Part shown: positions 24,416 to 37,539 of the stretch, piece by piece
How positions within the stretch are numbered: the first letter of the stretch is position 1
How the letters are laid out: the number at the start of each line of letters is the position of its first letter
From: Eledone cirrhosa
Lineage: Eukaryota
Assembly (NCBI GenBank): GCA_964016885.1
Contig: OZ024741.1
Span: 203,174,001 to 203,238,000, forward strand
Length of the DNA: 64,000 nt
Direction: 5' to 3'
Program-made: the position numbers and the translations under genes
The notes under the pieces: model-generated
Database searches by the model: none
Told to the model about the DNA's origin: nothing
What the model saw: the letters and a program-made list of their open reading frames with translations, nothing else

Positions 24416-25557
24416 GTCCAGTTATAAGAACACCCCCACTAGAGAGCACTAACAAGTTTGATTTAGAACGTAGCACGATGGAAAGCATCCAGCAGATAGC
24501 TAATTCCATACACCAGAGTATAACTGTAACTATAGACTTCCCTTCCAAACACCCTAACAATAGACTACCTGTATTAGACACAGAACTCTGGATTAACACT
24601 ATAGACGAGAGAGCCCAAATTCTCCACTCACACTATGCTAAACCCATGGCCTCCAAATACCTGATACTCAAAAACTCAGCAATGTCCAGTAGTGCTAAGT
24701 TTAACATTCTGATCGCAGATTTGGTACGAGTGATGAAGAATGTGTCCAGCATGTGCGACCCAACAGAAATGGAAGGACACATCCAACACTTCATCAACCG
24801 CATGCAGTTCTCTGGCTACAACCAAAGAGACAGAGTCAGAGTATACGAAGGAGCCATGGAAAAGTATAAGACCCTCATAGAACTGGACATGAAAGGAATT
24901 TGCCCACTATACAGGAGCAAATCATGGAATAGCTTAGATAGGGCTAGACATAAGATAGGGAAGGCCACATCATGGTACGACAACCAGAGATATCAGAGTG
25001 TCATGTTTGTGGACGCCACCCCTGGAGGGAAATTAGCTAACCAGTGTAGAAAGGCCCTGAGAAAGACCCACTTAAAAATAAAGGTGGTAGAAAAGCCAGG
25101 AACCACCATAAAATCCCTGATCAGCAAAACCTACCCTTTTAAGAAAACCCACTGTACCAATAGGAAATGTATCATATGTAAGGTGAACCCCCGGATAAAC
25201 TGTAAAACTAGAAACGTAGTCTATAGCATAAGATGTACAGAGGGTACTTGCAGAAACACGACAACAACATACATAGGTGAGACAGCTCGTAGCATAGGTG
25301 AAAGGATAGACCAACACTGGGGGGAACTAAAAGGACGAAAAAACGGGTCAGTACTATACGAACATGCTAGACAACATCATGACGGTAACATAGACAACAT
25401 AGAAATTAGAATAATATCTAAACATAGGAATGACCCAGCAGATAGGCAAATCAGAGAGGCCAGTGAAATAGAAATTAGAAGACCAAAGCTAAACAGAAAG
25501 AATGAGTGGAACAACAACAACACCCAAACAAACAACACTGACCTAAGAGAAGTATAA
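24379..25557 (+). CDS. PLE polyprotein C-terminal part: end of RT, thumb, Cys linker and GIY-YIG endonuclease (5'-truncated)
   Basis: LPVLD, HYAKPM, CTNRKCIIC, NVVYSIRC...YIGETARS..ERIDQH, EHARQHH and IREASEI...PKLN. The first 15 codons come from the inverted arm. Confidence 0.85.
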   Translation: MICSCIVGKFLSCPVIRTPPLESTNKFDLERSTMESIQQIANSIHQSITVTIDFPSKHPNNRLPVLDTELWINTIDERAQILHSHYAKPMASKYLILKNSAMSSSAKFNILIADLVRVMKNVSSMCDPTEMEGHIQHFINRMQFSGYNQRDRVRVYEGAMEKYKTLIELDMKGICPLYRSKSWNSLDRARHKIGKATSWYDNQRYQSVMFVDATPGGKLANQCRKALRKTHLKIKVVEKPGTTIKSLISKTYPFKKTHCTNRKCIICKVNPRINCKTRNVVYSIRCTEGTCRNTTTTYIGETARSIGERIDQHWGELKGRKNGSVLYEHARQHHDGNIDNIEIRIISKHRNDPADRQIREASEIEIRRPKLNRKNEWNNNNTQTNNTDLREV

Positions 25558-25820
25558 ATAAATAAGTAAATTAAATTAAATAAAATAAGATAAATAAATA
25601 CATACACAAGCACATAAACACACACTAGTCACCCAGCAGACACAACACTATACACACTAGTCACACATCACACATAACACTATACACACACGCAAACGCA
25701 TGCGCAAAGAAGACAAAATAAAATAAGATAAACAAACAAATAAATAAATAAATATATAGACAGACTGAACAAAAAAATGGCGTAGACATACAACACAACA
25801 GGAGGAACAATGAATATAAC

Positions 25821-25862
25821 ACCACTGACGATGTTGCAGATGTGCAACGAAAGATTTATGTA
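25821..25862 (+). ncRNA. PLE pLTR hammerhead motif (mirror copy at about 23442-23483, minus strand)
   Basis: acca CTGACGA t gttgca-gatg-tgcaac GAAA gatt TA tg. The core and stem II are good; stem I is weak. Confidence 0.5.
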
Positions 25863-26065
25863 AACTATATATATATGTGTTTGTCTATATTGTATCTGTA
25901 TTATTTTTGACCGCCGGTCAGTCAATGGCAACATTGAGGACCGAATAAGTTAGATCGCAGATATATACATATAAAAGACAGCGAGAAGCGAAAACCAACC
26001 AAACAGTGAGTGTGTTCTGTTATTAATTCTGGCAATATTACGCAAATATGACCCTCCCCAAATAT

Positions 26066-26124
<59 letters not shown>

Positions 26125-26367
26125 AATATATATATACATACATACATATTTACATACATACATACATATATACATACATATTTACATACATACATACCTA
26201 TATACATACATACATACATACATACATACATACATACATACATACATACATACATACATACGTTCAAACATGCATACATACTCTCCGTCGTGCTTTTAGA
26301 AGACAATGACTGATAGCAAACATACGCATTCATAAATATCATATCCCCCCCTCTCTCTCTCTTGTCT

Positions 26368-26406
<39 letters not shown>

Positions 26407-26536
26407 TCACACACACACATGCATACACACACTCACACACAAACCACACAAACACGCTCACAAACATTTCATACATTGAAACATTTATATTTTCATGCTC
26501 GCACGTGTACACACTTAAAAATATCCTTGCATGCGC

Positions 26537-26586
<50 letters not shown>

Positions 26587-27506
26587 CTGTGTGTGTGTGT
26601 GTGTGTGTGTGCGTGTATATATACATACAATATATATCTATATGTATATATGTATATATATAGATACAATATATATATGTATGTGTGTGTATGTGAGTGT
26701 GCACCAGCAACAAGACGTGCTAAGAGAGGCGAGGGTTAAGTTCAACGGAGAGAAGCCATTAATCAGAGACAGATGAAGGAAGTTGGCGTGAAAAGAAATG
26801 AATGTTTTTCAGTTCCTTTCTTCACTATTTCATCTAAGTAGTAGCTTAGTTAGTTGTATGTATGTAGTGAGTAATGGAATATGAAGAATTATGGACTTTA
26901 ACGAAGGTCGAGATTGACAGTGTACTTGCTTCAAGTTGAGGTGGGATGTGGCAGATTTGTGGCTAGATGCACCACGCCCTACCAGATTCGTATTGAACTT
27001 GCAGCCGATGGTAGAGAGGTGATTGAAGAACTGGAGAGGCAGGCGAAAAAGAAAAAAAAAATTCACCATGGTAATAGTAGAAACAGTTAACCCCTTCATT
27101 ACCATATTTCTAAAGAAATTCACTGCTTATAATTTCCAAACAATTTTGAAAATAATTAAGAATTTAGTAATATAAATAATTTTTATAAATAATATTTTGA
27201 GCATAAGTTAACAAAGGTTCTTACATGAAATTATAATGGAAGATTTATAGATAAATATAACCACTTCATACACAAAACAGAGAAATTCCCTGGAACTGCT
27301 GAAGGCCGCGACATTGTTGGGAAGAGTCGAAGAGTCGAAATCTTTGATCTCTAGCCAGTTGACAGTTCATGAAGGGTATATCCCTTACTTACTATGCTAC
27401 CCCTGATTGAACCCGGGACCACACACACATACACATACAACACACAGACTCGGGCACACACACACACACGCACACGCACACACACACACACACACACACG
27501 CGCACA

Positions 27507-27585
<79 letters not shown>

Positions 27586-27985
27586 GCGCATACGTCTGGT
27601 AACATTAATGCTGCTTGGCATTGCAGGAAGAAGCGATACTGTAAGGAGTACCCACGATCGTTGAGATCTCTGCCAACAGCTGCCGAGGGGAATGCCCCGC
27701 AGTGCCAGTTGTATGTAGAATAATATATAGTTAGTTATGAAATGAGTGGCTGACAGAGGTAGAAATGTAGTGTAATGTATGGCAAGAAGACATAGCGGAT
27801 ACGGTCATTGCGCTACGGAAGTAAACAGTAACGCACTAGATAGATGGTTCTAATAAACGGTACAAGATGACATTGCATGATAGATAAATAACACTGATGT
27901 CAGCAATTTAGCATTAAGGCAAACATTTTTGAAAACTGGAGAAAGGAGAGAAGAAACTGCATGCTATGAGCGGAATATGCCAATG

Positions 27986-28017
<32 letters not shown>

Positions 28018-28023
28018 TGTATG

Positions 28024-28920
28024 TTCTTCTGGTTTTATAATTTCACAAAGTTTTACCAATAGAGAGAGAGAGTCGGTTTCTAACATAGACACAAGAATCT
28101 CTCATTGGAATTTACACAACATCAACTAGGTAGATATGTATGCATGTGTAGATATGGATGTTATTGTATGTGTGGATGTGGATGTTTTGAGTTGTATGTG
28201 TGCATGTGTATTTGCAGTTATTAGATGCAACATTTTTGGAATGTTTTACATATTTTTACTGTTTCATTAATGGATTGTACTTGTAATTTCCTAACTAGTT
28301 GTGTTCTTTCTGTTCCTGTGAAGCCTAGCTTCTCAAGATTTGATTTGAGGCAGTTACTAACATATCCCAGTGCCCCAATAATCACAGGCATAAATCTGAA
28401 GGTGTAATCAGGGTGGAGTATCTGCAGATTTCTCATCAGTTCTGCATAAATATTCTCCTTTTAACTAATCTTTGATATTATATTGGCATCTGCTGGGCAG
28501 CTAATTTCCACTACTGTCCATGTTTTCTTCTCCCTGTCCCATATCGCAATAACTGGTCTGTTATGCCTGCATTTTATTGGGGTTTTTACTGGAACATTCC
28601 ACCAGTACTCTTTCATATTATGTACATGTATGTCTTCCACATTGTTGTAGCTTTTAATGTGTTTATTATCGGGGCTATCTTTTTTACGAACTGCATTGTA
28701 CAGTGTTTTGGCCACTACATCATGCCTCATAGGTAGATAGTACCGCGATGACATCTTTGGACAGCTGCTGATGACATGGGTGATATCCTCGATGTTAGTT
28801 CTGCAGAGTCTGCATTTGCTATCACATCTAGGTGTTTTGCCTGCATCCCTATCTCTTTTGTGAATCAGGTAGTTCGTGCTAATCTCCTGTTCTTGGATTG
28901 CAAAAGCGTATCCTTCAAAG
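28024..28920 (-). mobile_element. 5'-truncated copy of the R4/Dong-like element
   Basis: High similarity to 17330-18255. (TATG)n on both sides. Confidence 0.88.
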
Positions 28921-28924
28921 TATG

Positions 28925-28958
<34 letters not shown>

Positions 28959-28991
28959 TGTATGTATGTATTTTTTTTTTGATGTATGTAT

Positions 28992-29591
28992 GTCAGGTCA
29001 CCAGTTGGTGCTACTGGTAACATGTATCCCAGTACAACCTGTCTCATGGTCGGGTCGTTGGCGACTAAACTGGCAACCCCACCAAGGTTTCTTGGTGAGG
29101 AGGGTGACTTTGGACATCCTGCAGGACTAAAAACAAAACCTGTCAAAGGGTTAAGGAGCTCTTAAGAGTCAATGGCCATCCAAAATCACCGGGAGAGATG
29201 ACCCCTTAGCCTTTGTCAAGGCAGAATTCTAGGAGAAGGAAAACTCTGATATAACACCTGCAACTCTGATGGTATCCAATGATGTTGACTTGTTCTTCTT
29301 TTTGGTAAATATCATCTTGGTCAAGAGAGTGGGACTGGCTTTGTGCACTGCCTTTGCTCACTATAAAAGCTTCATGGCACAGGCATTGCTTTATATCTGG
29401 AGATCTCTCTGCACTTGTCGTCACATGGGCCCAGCACTATGTGTCAATGATTATCACAAGTGTAGTGTTTGTACCAGAGTTTTCAAGTCGCTGGCTGGAC
29501 TAAAAAGTCACACACGTTCAGCGCATCGGTAGGGGTTCTCCTACATGGATATAAAGTAGTGGCCGTACTCGAAAGCGAGTTGGCAGCCACC
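28992..29591 (+). mobile_element. Non-autonomous bipartite RTE derivative (5'UTR + 3' end); near-identical copy at 35166-35773
   Basis: RTE-like 5'UTR motif ctaggagaaggaaaactctga, then C2H2-type CSVCTRVFKSLAGLKSHTRSAH, a short 3' hairpin and an (ATGT)n tail. Diverged relatives at about 29650-29840, 59400-59660 and 61440-61940. Confidence 0.7.
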
Positions 29592-30085
29592 ATGTATGTA
29601 TGTATGTATGTATGTATGTATGTATGTATGTATGTATGTATGTATGTATGGGTCACTCTTGAGTGCTACTGGTAACATGTAACCCAGTACAACCTGTCGC
29701 ATGGTCGGGTCGTCGGCGACTAAACCGGCAACCCCACCAAGTTTACTTGGTGAGGAGGGTGATTTTGGACACCCTGCAGGACAAAAAACGTAACCTGACA
29801 AAAGGCGGAAGAACTCATGAGGGTCAACGGCCATCCAAAAGTGTGTAAATATATATATACACATGTACATGTCTGTGTTCATGTGTATATGCATGGGTGA
29901 ATGTGTATGTATATGCGCGGGGACATAGAAATAGTCGTCCAGAATTGATGAACGCGAGAATAATTGTTCAATAACATAGTAGAGATTAATAGTTTATTTG
30001 GGTCGTGTCAGTCTTCTGTTTCTCTGGAGTTTCTACTGTGTGTTTCAGGGGCAACAGACCGTGATCAACACACACATCCCCACCC

Positions 30086-30126
<41 letters not shown>

Positions 30127-30254
30127 GGTGTGTGTGCGTGTGTGTACATATATACACATATATATATACATATATATGGAGTGAATGCGGAACAGAAAGC
30201 CAATAGAGATGAAAATAGTACTAACTCTTTTATGAATGAATATATATACGGATA

Positions 30255-30525
30255 GAATCACTCAAGGTAGAATCGCTACTTCTCCGGTTTAAGGAAAGAA
30301 TCACTGGACAGATTTTAAGGGCAAAACCAACCGGCAAGAGACCCAGGAGTAGATGGTTGGATAACATCCACGAGCTTGGCTGGTCATGCTTGGGGATCCA
30401 CCGCATCAGTTGGGGACGGTTGCTTGTGGCAGGACCCACTGGAAGGAGTGTTTGATGACTGCCTTCACGACCCTCTCAAGAAGAAGAAGAAGAAGAAGAA
30501 GAAGAAGAAGAAGAAGAAGAAGAAA
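30255..30525 (+). mobile_element. 3' fragment of an RTE-like LINE with (AAG)n tail
   Basis: AKPTGKRPRSRWLDNI-like translation followed by (aag)n. Confidence 0.5.
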
Positions 30526-31925
30526 TTAGTTCATGTAGTTACACAATAGACTTTGAACACGGTTGTACCCTATTAGTTAAAGATCACGGCTCGCTCTCAG
30601 TGTGACCAAATGTATACGGATATACGTTTTTAAACACACATACGCACGCATACACGCAAACACGTACATATATATACATATGTGTGTATGAGTACATGCA
30701 CACACACATGCGCGCACAAACACACACACTTACCCACACAGACACACAGATACACACACATATAATCCGATCCGATCCGATCCTGGTTAAAGCAATAAAC
30801 AAAATGTTGCACATGAGAACCGACTATTAATTTGGATGATGATTAACGATGAAGATAATATTAAAAATGGTGCTTTTAATTTTAAAAATACTACTTCAAA
30901 AGTTGTATATATATGTATGTATATATATACATGATGTATGTATGGCCACCGTTTTTCCTGGTGTCACACATTTTAGTAGTTGTGTGTACTCTGGACGATA
31001 ATGTATTAATTTCTCGCTCCATTGAGCGCTTTGTGATTGTCTCAAACAACTCGAATAGTACCTTCTATATGGCAGCTACAACTTCGGTTTATACCTAACA
31101 CACACACATATATATATATATATATACCTTTCTACAGTTTTCTCTGGTCTTTTGAAATTGGCACACAGACACACATACATATGTATATACAAACATGCGT
31201 AATATATGTGTTTGAGTGTTGTATAAGATGCACATAACCAATTCCTTCTTCCAACTGATATGCCAGGTTCAATGGCAGATACGATCGCCATTTTACTACG
31301 ACGGGAAGTTATATTCACAAACATTATCGAATTTCACTTCCCCACCCTCTATAGCCTCGCTTCCGTCTCTGTAATATACTTGGAAAGTCGTCCATTTGGA
31401 AAATGCATATGATTGCCATTTAGCAGATTTTCCATAGGCGGCAAATTGGTAGTGTCGACAGAACGTTAGCAAAAAATATTTGCGGTATTCATTCCGGTTC
31501 TTTACTTTTTGAGTTCAAATCCTACTGAGGTCAATTTTACATTTCGTTCTTTCGAGGCTGTTCAGTAATGAGGACGGTTCTTTATCTATTTCTCTTCACT
31601 TTCTTTGAAGGGAATCATTTGTGTCTCAGGCCTTGAGAGTGACTGTCTCCGCCAGTTTTAAAATACCTTACGACTCTATCAAAAGTTTAGAGACTATACT
31701 TTGTTAGACAGACTTACTATTATCCTCCAGTCCCACTCAAATATTACTTTAGAAGATATTAATACGTTTTTTCTTGCAGGGATTGCAAATAAAAATATAA
31801 AATGTTACTTTTTGTATGTTTGGAAACATTAGTGTTTCGCCATTTTGCATACGTGCACTGACTATTTTCTTTGAATGTATAACCGCAAAGCCTCGCCATG
31901 GCTAAATACTGTGAAATTCTAATGT

Positions 31926-32100
31926 CTGCGATCATCAACCTTTCGGACCTCACGGACCACAAAATTCATAATTTTACATCCCGCGGACTACTAATATGAA
32001 TTTTTAAAAAAAGATAAATACATTAAAATTTTTCTGCGAACCACCAAATTTTTCTCGCGGACCACCAAATTTTTCGCGGATCATTGGTTGGCGACCGCTG
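31926..32100. mobile_element. hAT/Charlie-like MITE
   Basis: Right end ggttggcgaccgctg followed by ctctagag, a decayed left TIR ctgcgatcatcaacc, and internal gcggaccac repeats. Confidence 0.5.
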
Positions 32101-33423
32101 CTCTAGAGAACCAAGTTGAAATGACATTCAACATTAGCTCCACGTTAATACACGAACCAAGGTAATCTGCACACTAAGAGAAATCTACAATAAGTTTATG
32201 GCTACTATATTCTAGAAATTGACACAAGATTCACGATAGCTGGAAAACCAGTCAAATCTGCAGGATTCACAAAAGGCCACGAGAAATGCACTCGTAAAGT
32301 AGACATTACATAAAAGTTTGTCTTTCAAGCCTCCGAAATATATAGAACACAGCCAACTTTTATTTCGTAAATTCAGATGTGGGAGGTGGAATGCTGGCAT
32401 TGTGTCTCACCGCCAAATGTCAACAATACAAATGTGCTGCCATTATCCTCGCTATTGAAATATCTCCGTCATTTGTCATGATCCATCGTGACAAGCTCCT
32501 TCAAATCGCAGGCGTACGAAAGATATGATTCATACTGGCTGACACGCAACTGACACGGAACTAAATGGAAGTATATCTATCTCTACAATCACTTTACTTC
32601 TTAAATAATGCTTGAAAAGCTGGAAAGAATTTTGTTGGATGGACATCTTTTGCAGCTGACACAAAGTAAAGAAATGTTCCTTCGTCGTGTTTAAGAGTTC
32701 CATTCCCCTACTACATACCATAATAAACGCTTGGCATAAGCATACAGTTTGAAAGTTAGTTAAAGCGATTTGGAAGTATATAAGAAAGCATATTGAAGTT
32801 GATCTATTTCAGTGCATAACTACGCTTTATGTGGACGATGCATAGCCGAATGGTTGAGAAGTTCGCTTCGTGATCTTAAGGTTCCGTGTTCGATCCCACC
32901 TTGTGACATCTTGGGCAATTATTATTTACCACAGCCTCGAATTGACATATACCTTGAGAGAAAATGTGTATAGGGGAAGTGTTTGAAAATCTTCCGGATG
33001 GGATGTACCTACAATTCAAGAGGTCGGCCATGTTACAATGTGTCAGGCTGAATCTCGCTGAGAATAACGTTAAAGATACACTTATCCGTAGAATGCTTAG
33101 TCACTTACACGTTAATCTCATGGGCAGATGTTCCGTTGATTGAACAACTGGAACACTTAAAAGCGACGTAGAATCCATTCCAGTTTCATTATAATTTTTT
33201 ACAGCTAAATCAAACTAAAGTCGTGAATCTTTAGTTGTTCCTCACAAGTTGAGACTTTCTAGAGAAAACCGAATTCCGGTTAGGTTGTCATTCATTGAAT
33301 CAGAGTAAGTTTATAGCATTTGCAGAAAATTAAGAGACGCTAGGTAAAGGAAAATGACGGCGAATTGGCAGAGTCTTTGGGGCATCGGATTAAATGTCCC
33401 GGTATTTGTTCCGAGATAGATAA

Positions 33424-35125
33424 CACCGTGTAACATATTTTTGGTCCCCGGTTCTAAGTGTCATTTCCTGATTTGTAATATCCCATTATTATAAAAAAAA
33501 ACACTATTATTTAATCAGAAGTTTGGGTTTGTGGCCAGAAGTTTGATATTTCCAAATTTTCATATTTTTCAAGAAAAAACACATTTTGTTAAAATTTATC
33601 AGTTCATATAATTAAATCAACAGAGTATATATTTATTTTATTACACAAGCTTATAAGCAAACAAGTAAAAACAAATAACACTTATAAAGCAACTTATACA
33701 CGTCAGAAATGACTGGATTTCCTGGATTTGCGGTTGTAGTCTAGGTCGCATTCCCACACTAGCCCCCATCACTTTTTTATTGTAGTGGCCCTGGTACCTC
33801 CGCTCTATCTCTTTCACATCTTGGTGGAATCGTTCGCCTTGTTCTTCTGAGTAGGCGTCCATATTGTCCTTGAATTCTTCCAGGTGAGCGTCCAGCATAT
33901 GGAGTTTAAGCGACATCCTGCATCCCATGGCGCCAAAAGCCTTTATCAGATCCTGCACCAGTTGCTGGTAGTTTTCAGCTCTGTAGTTGCCCAGGATACC
34001 CTTAACAACTGCCTTGAAACAGTTCCATGCTGTTCTCTCAATCCTATTGAGCTTATTGGAGAACTCGGTAGACTCAAACACCTTCTTTATCTGAGGTCCA
34101 ACAAAAATTCCACCTTTGATTTTGGCCTCATTAACTTGGGGAAGAACTCAAGAAGGTACTTAAAAGCGGCTGATTCTTGGTTGAGAGCCTTCACAAACTG
34201 CTTCATCAACCCCAACTTAATGTGCAGTGGCGGCATGAGCACAATCCTGGGTATCAACCAGTGGCTCCCACATGACGTTCCGGGTCCCAACTACAGATTC
34301 TGTTCGCTGCTCCCAGTTCTTTCTTTTGTAGTCGTCAGAGGTGGCTCTGCTGTCCCAAAGGTAGAGGAAGCATTGGAATTTGATAAAGCCTCTTTAGAGT
34401 CCAAGCAGGAAAGCCACCATCTTGAAGTCTCCAATGATTTCCCATTTGTACTGGTTGTATTGCAGAGCTTCCAAGAGGACTTTCACACTGTAGTAATCTT
34501 CCTTCAGGCAGACTGAATGAGCTAGGGGCAGTGTCGGGAACTTGTTTCCATTGTGGAGGAGGACAGCCTTCAAACTTGTGGTCTATAAATAGCCGCGACT
34601 CCTTGGGCACAAACGGCACCCTAATAACATCAAATAGTCCAGGCACGTCATGGCAGAAGTAGAGGCCATCCCTCAGAGTGTAAAAGCCTGAGAAGGGTTC
34701 GTGACGACTTCTCTGACTTGTCACCTGCACTTCCTCCTTGACCAAATTCCACTGCTTCATCCTGGAGACGAATGCTTAAAACACAATTTACCCTTTATTC
34801 AGGGTGTGAAAATCCAGTATCAATAAATCTCTTTAATCCACTTTTTAACAATTTTATACTTTATTGCACTTTTATAATTTTCTTTAGGTATTACTCTTTA
34901 TTTTATCATTTTAATTTAACCTGAAACATATATAACAAATCGTTTAACATAAGCAAATTAAACTTACATACAACGTACAATCCAGCATACAAATAATTCT
35001 AGTGAATAGCTTAGAATTTTTACAAACCCCAACTTTTAACTGTTTAATAGCACTTTTTTATTTATTTATTTGGGAACTAAGCAACACAAAAAAGTGAACA
35101 GAGAAAATTTTTTTGTTACACGGTG
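33424..35125 (-). mobile_element. Chapaev3-type (CMC superfamily) DNA transposon, internally deleted
   Basis: 12-bp TIR CACCGTGTAACA and 3-bp TSD TAA on both sides. Transposase relic PPLHIKLGLMKQFVKAL...MSLKLHMLDAH...SEEQGERFHQD at about 33700-34770. Confidence 0.85.
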
Positions 35126-35165
35126 TAATCACACAATGACTGTATGTATGTATTTATGTATGTAT

Positions 35166-35773
35166 GTCAGGTCACCAGTTGGTGCTACTGGTAACATGTA
35201 TCCCAGTACAACCTGTCTCATGGTCGGGTCGTTGGCGACTAAACTGGCAACCCCACCAAGGTTTCTTGGTGAGGAGGGTGACTTTGGACATCCTGCAGGA
35301 CTAAAAACAAAACCTGTCAAAGGGTTAAGGAGCTCTTAAGAGTCAATGGCCATCCAAAATCACCGGGAGAGATGACCCCTTAGCCTTTGTCAAGGCAGAA
35401 TTCTAGGAGAAGGAAAACTCTGATATAACACCTGCAACCCTGATGGTATCCAATGATGTTGACTTGTTCTTCTTTTTGGTAAATATCATCTTGGTTAAGA
35501 GAGTGAGACTGGCTTTGTGCAGTGCCTTTGCTTACTATAAAAGCTTCACGGCACAGGCATTGCTTTATATCTGGAGATCTCTCTGCACTTGTCGTCACAT
35601 GGTACCATGGGCCCAGCACTATGTGTCAATAATCGTCACAAGTGTAGTGTTTGTACCAGAGTTTTCAAGTCGCTGGCCGGACTAAAAAGTCACACTCGTT
35701 CAGCGCATCGGTAGGGGTTCTCCTACATGGATATAAAGTAGTGGCCGTACTCGAAAACGAGTTGGCAGCCACC
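35166..35773 (+). mobile_element. Second copy of the bipartite RTE derivative
   Basis: Nearly identical to 28992-29591, also in (TATG)n. Confidence 0.75.
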
Positions 35774-35821
35774 ATGTATGTATGTATGTATGCATATATG
35801 CATGCATGTATGTATGTATGT

Positions 35822-36560
35822 TTCTTCTGGTTTTATAATTTCACAAATTTTTGTCATTAGAGAGAGAGCCGATTTTTAACATAGTTACAAGACTCTCTCA
35901 TTGGAATTTACACAACATCAACTAGGTAGATATGTATGCGTGTCTGCATGCATGCATGCATGTGTGTGCAGGTATGGATGTTATTGTATGTGTGGATGTG
36001 GATGTTTTGAGTTGTATGTGTGCATGTGCATAAGCTTTGTATCTGTACATGTGTACAGGCAGTTATTAGATGCAGAATTTTTGGAACGTTTTACATATTT
36101 TTACTGTTCCATTAATGGATTGTACTTGTAATTTCCTAACTAGTCGTGGTCTTTTTGTTTCTGTGAAGCCCAGATTCTCAAGATTTGTACTGAGGCAGTT
36201 ACTAACATATCCCAGTGCCCCAATAATCGAAAGTATAAATCTGAAGGTATAGTCAGGGTGGAGTATCTGCAGAATTCTTATTAGTTCTGCAATAGATATT
36301 CTCCTTTTCGCTAATCTTTAATATTATATTGACATCTGCTGGACAGCTAACTTCTACTACTGTGCATGAATTCTTTTCCCTGCCCCATATCATAATATCT
36401 GGTCTGTTATGTTTGCATTTTATTGGGGTTTTGACTGGAACTTTTCACCAGTACTCTTTCATATTATGTATGTGTATGTCTTCCACATCGCTGTAACTTT
36501 TAATGTGGTTATTGTCGGGGCTATTTTTTCTACGGAGTGCATTGTACAGTGTTTTGGCCA
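35822..36560 (-). mobile_element. Third, more diverged 3' copy of the R4/Dong-like element
   Basis: Homologous to 17330-18050. TATG repeats on both sides. Confidence 0.85.
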
Positions 36561-37415
36561 GTATGTATGTGCGTATGTATGTATATGTATGTATATATGT
36601 ACATGCGTATGTCTTTGTATGCGCATGCGCGCGTGTGTGTGTGCGTGTGCACGTGTGTGTGTGTGTTGGTGGTGGTGGTGTGTGTGTGAGTGAGTGTGAC
36701 AGAAGCATCGAAAGAAGAATCTATCTCAATATTAGATTGATACATTATTTATCGACTCTGGTAGGACGAAAGGAAAAGTTGATAACTTGGGATTTGAACG
36801 CAGGGCAGAGAGAGTCTCTACAAGTACAACACATTCCATTCAACGTGCTGACCATTGTAATTTTTACGTTTACTTGCACCTTTACTTATTTAATATTTGG
36901 TCCTGATCCCTCTTCCTCCGTAAGACGACGAAAAGGAAGAGTCGTTAGAATGTCAGATAGAAAGCTTCGCTTTATTCCTTTTAGTTCTCTGCGCCCCGAG
37001 TTGAAATCCGGTGAACTTTGCCTTTTGTCATTCTGGGGTCGAAAAATAAAGTACTAATTCGGTACTGTGACCGATTCTCCCTCCCCACCTCTATCTTTGA
37101 TTTTTTCTCCTCTGGAAATCTGGAGTTGGATGGTCTCCACCATCTTTAAATGCCCAAGACACATCATATATCACTACAGGGCTCCGACGACTCCATAGAG
37201 AGTTAATGTCCTATGGCATGACATGGCCGATAATCTCCGTGTAGTTCTACAGTTTGGTGAGTACAGTACACATATCTGAAATGGCTGACACTATGACACT
37301 TGAAATAATATCACTTTACCAGCATACAATATACTGTAAATTATCTAAGATTAATGAAACGTTACGGTATGTAGAAAAATGTTACACATACAATATCAAA
37401 TACAGACACATATAT

Positions 37416-37539
<124 letters not shown>

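Larger units (their letters stand above)
23176..26073. mobile_element. Penelope-like element with a 1,193-bp inverted repeat (23231-24423 / 24881-26073), flanked by (TA)n
   Basis: Mirror ORFs 23747-24415(-) and the 3' part of 24379-25557(+) translate identically. Mirror coordinates always sum to 49304, so there are no indels. Confidence 0.93.

Noticed and set aside
25558-25900. SECIS or selenoprotein signal as in some Naiad PLEs
   Set aside because: The visible ORF has no in-frame TGA and I see no clear SECIS hairpin.
32380-32730. Possible hAT transposase relic on the minus strand
   Set aside because: Only vague motif resemblance across broken frames.
32835-32905. tRNA gene
   Set aside because: It has A/B boxes only and continues into a SINE body; there is no intact cloverleaf.
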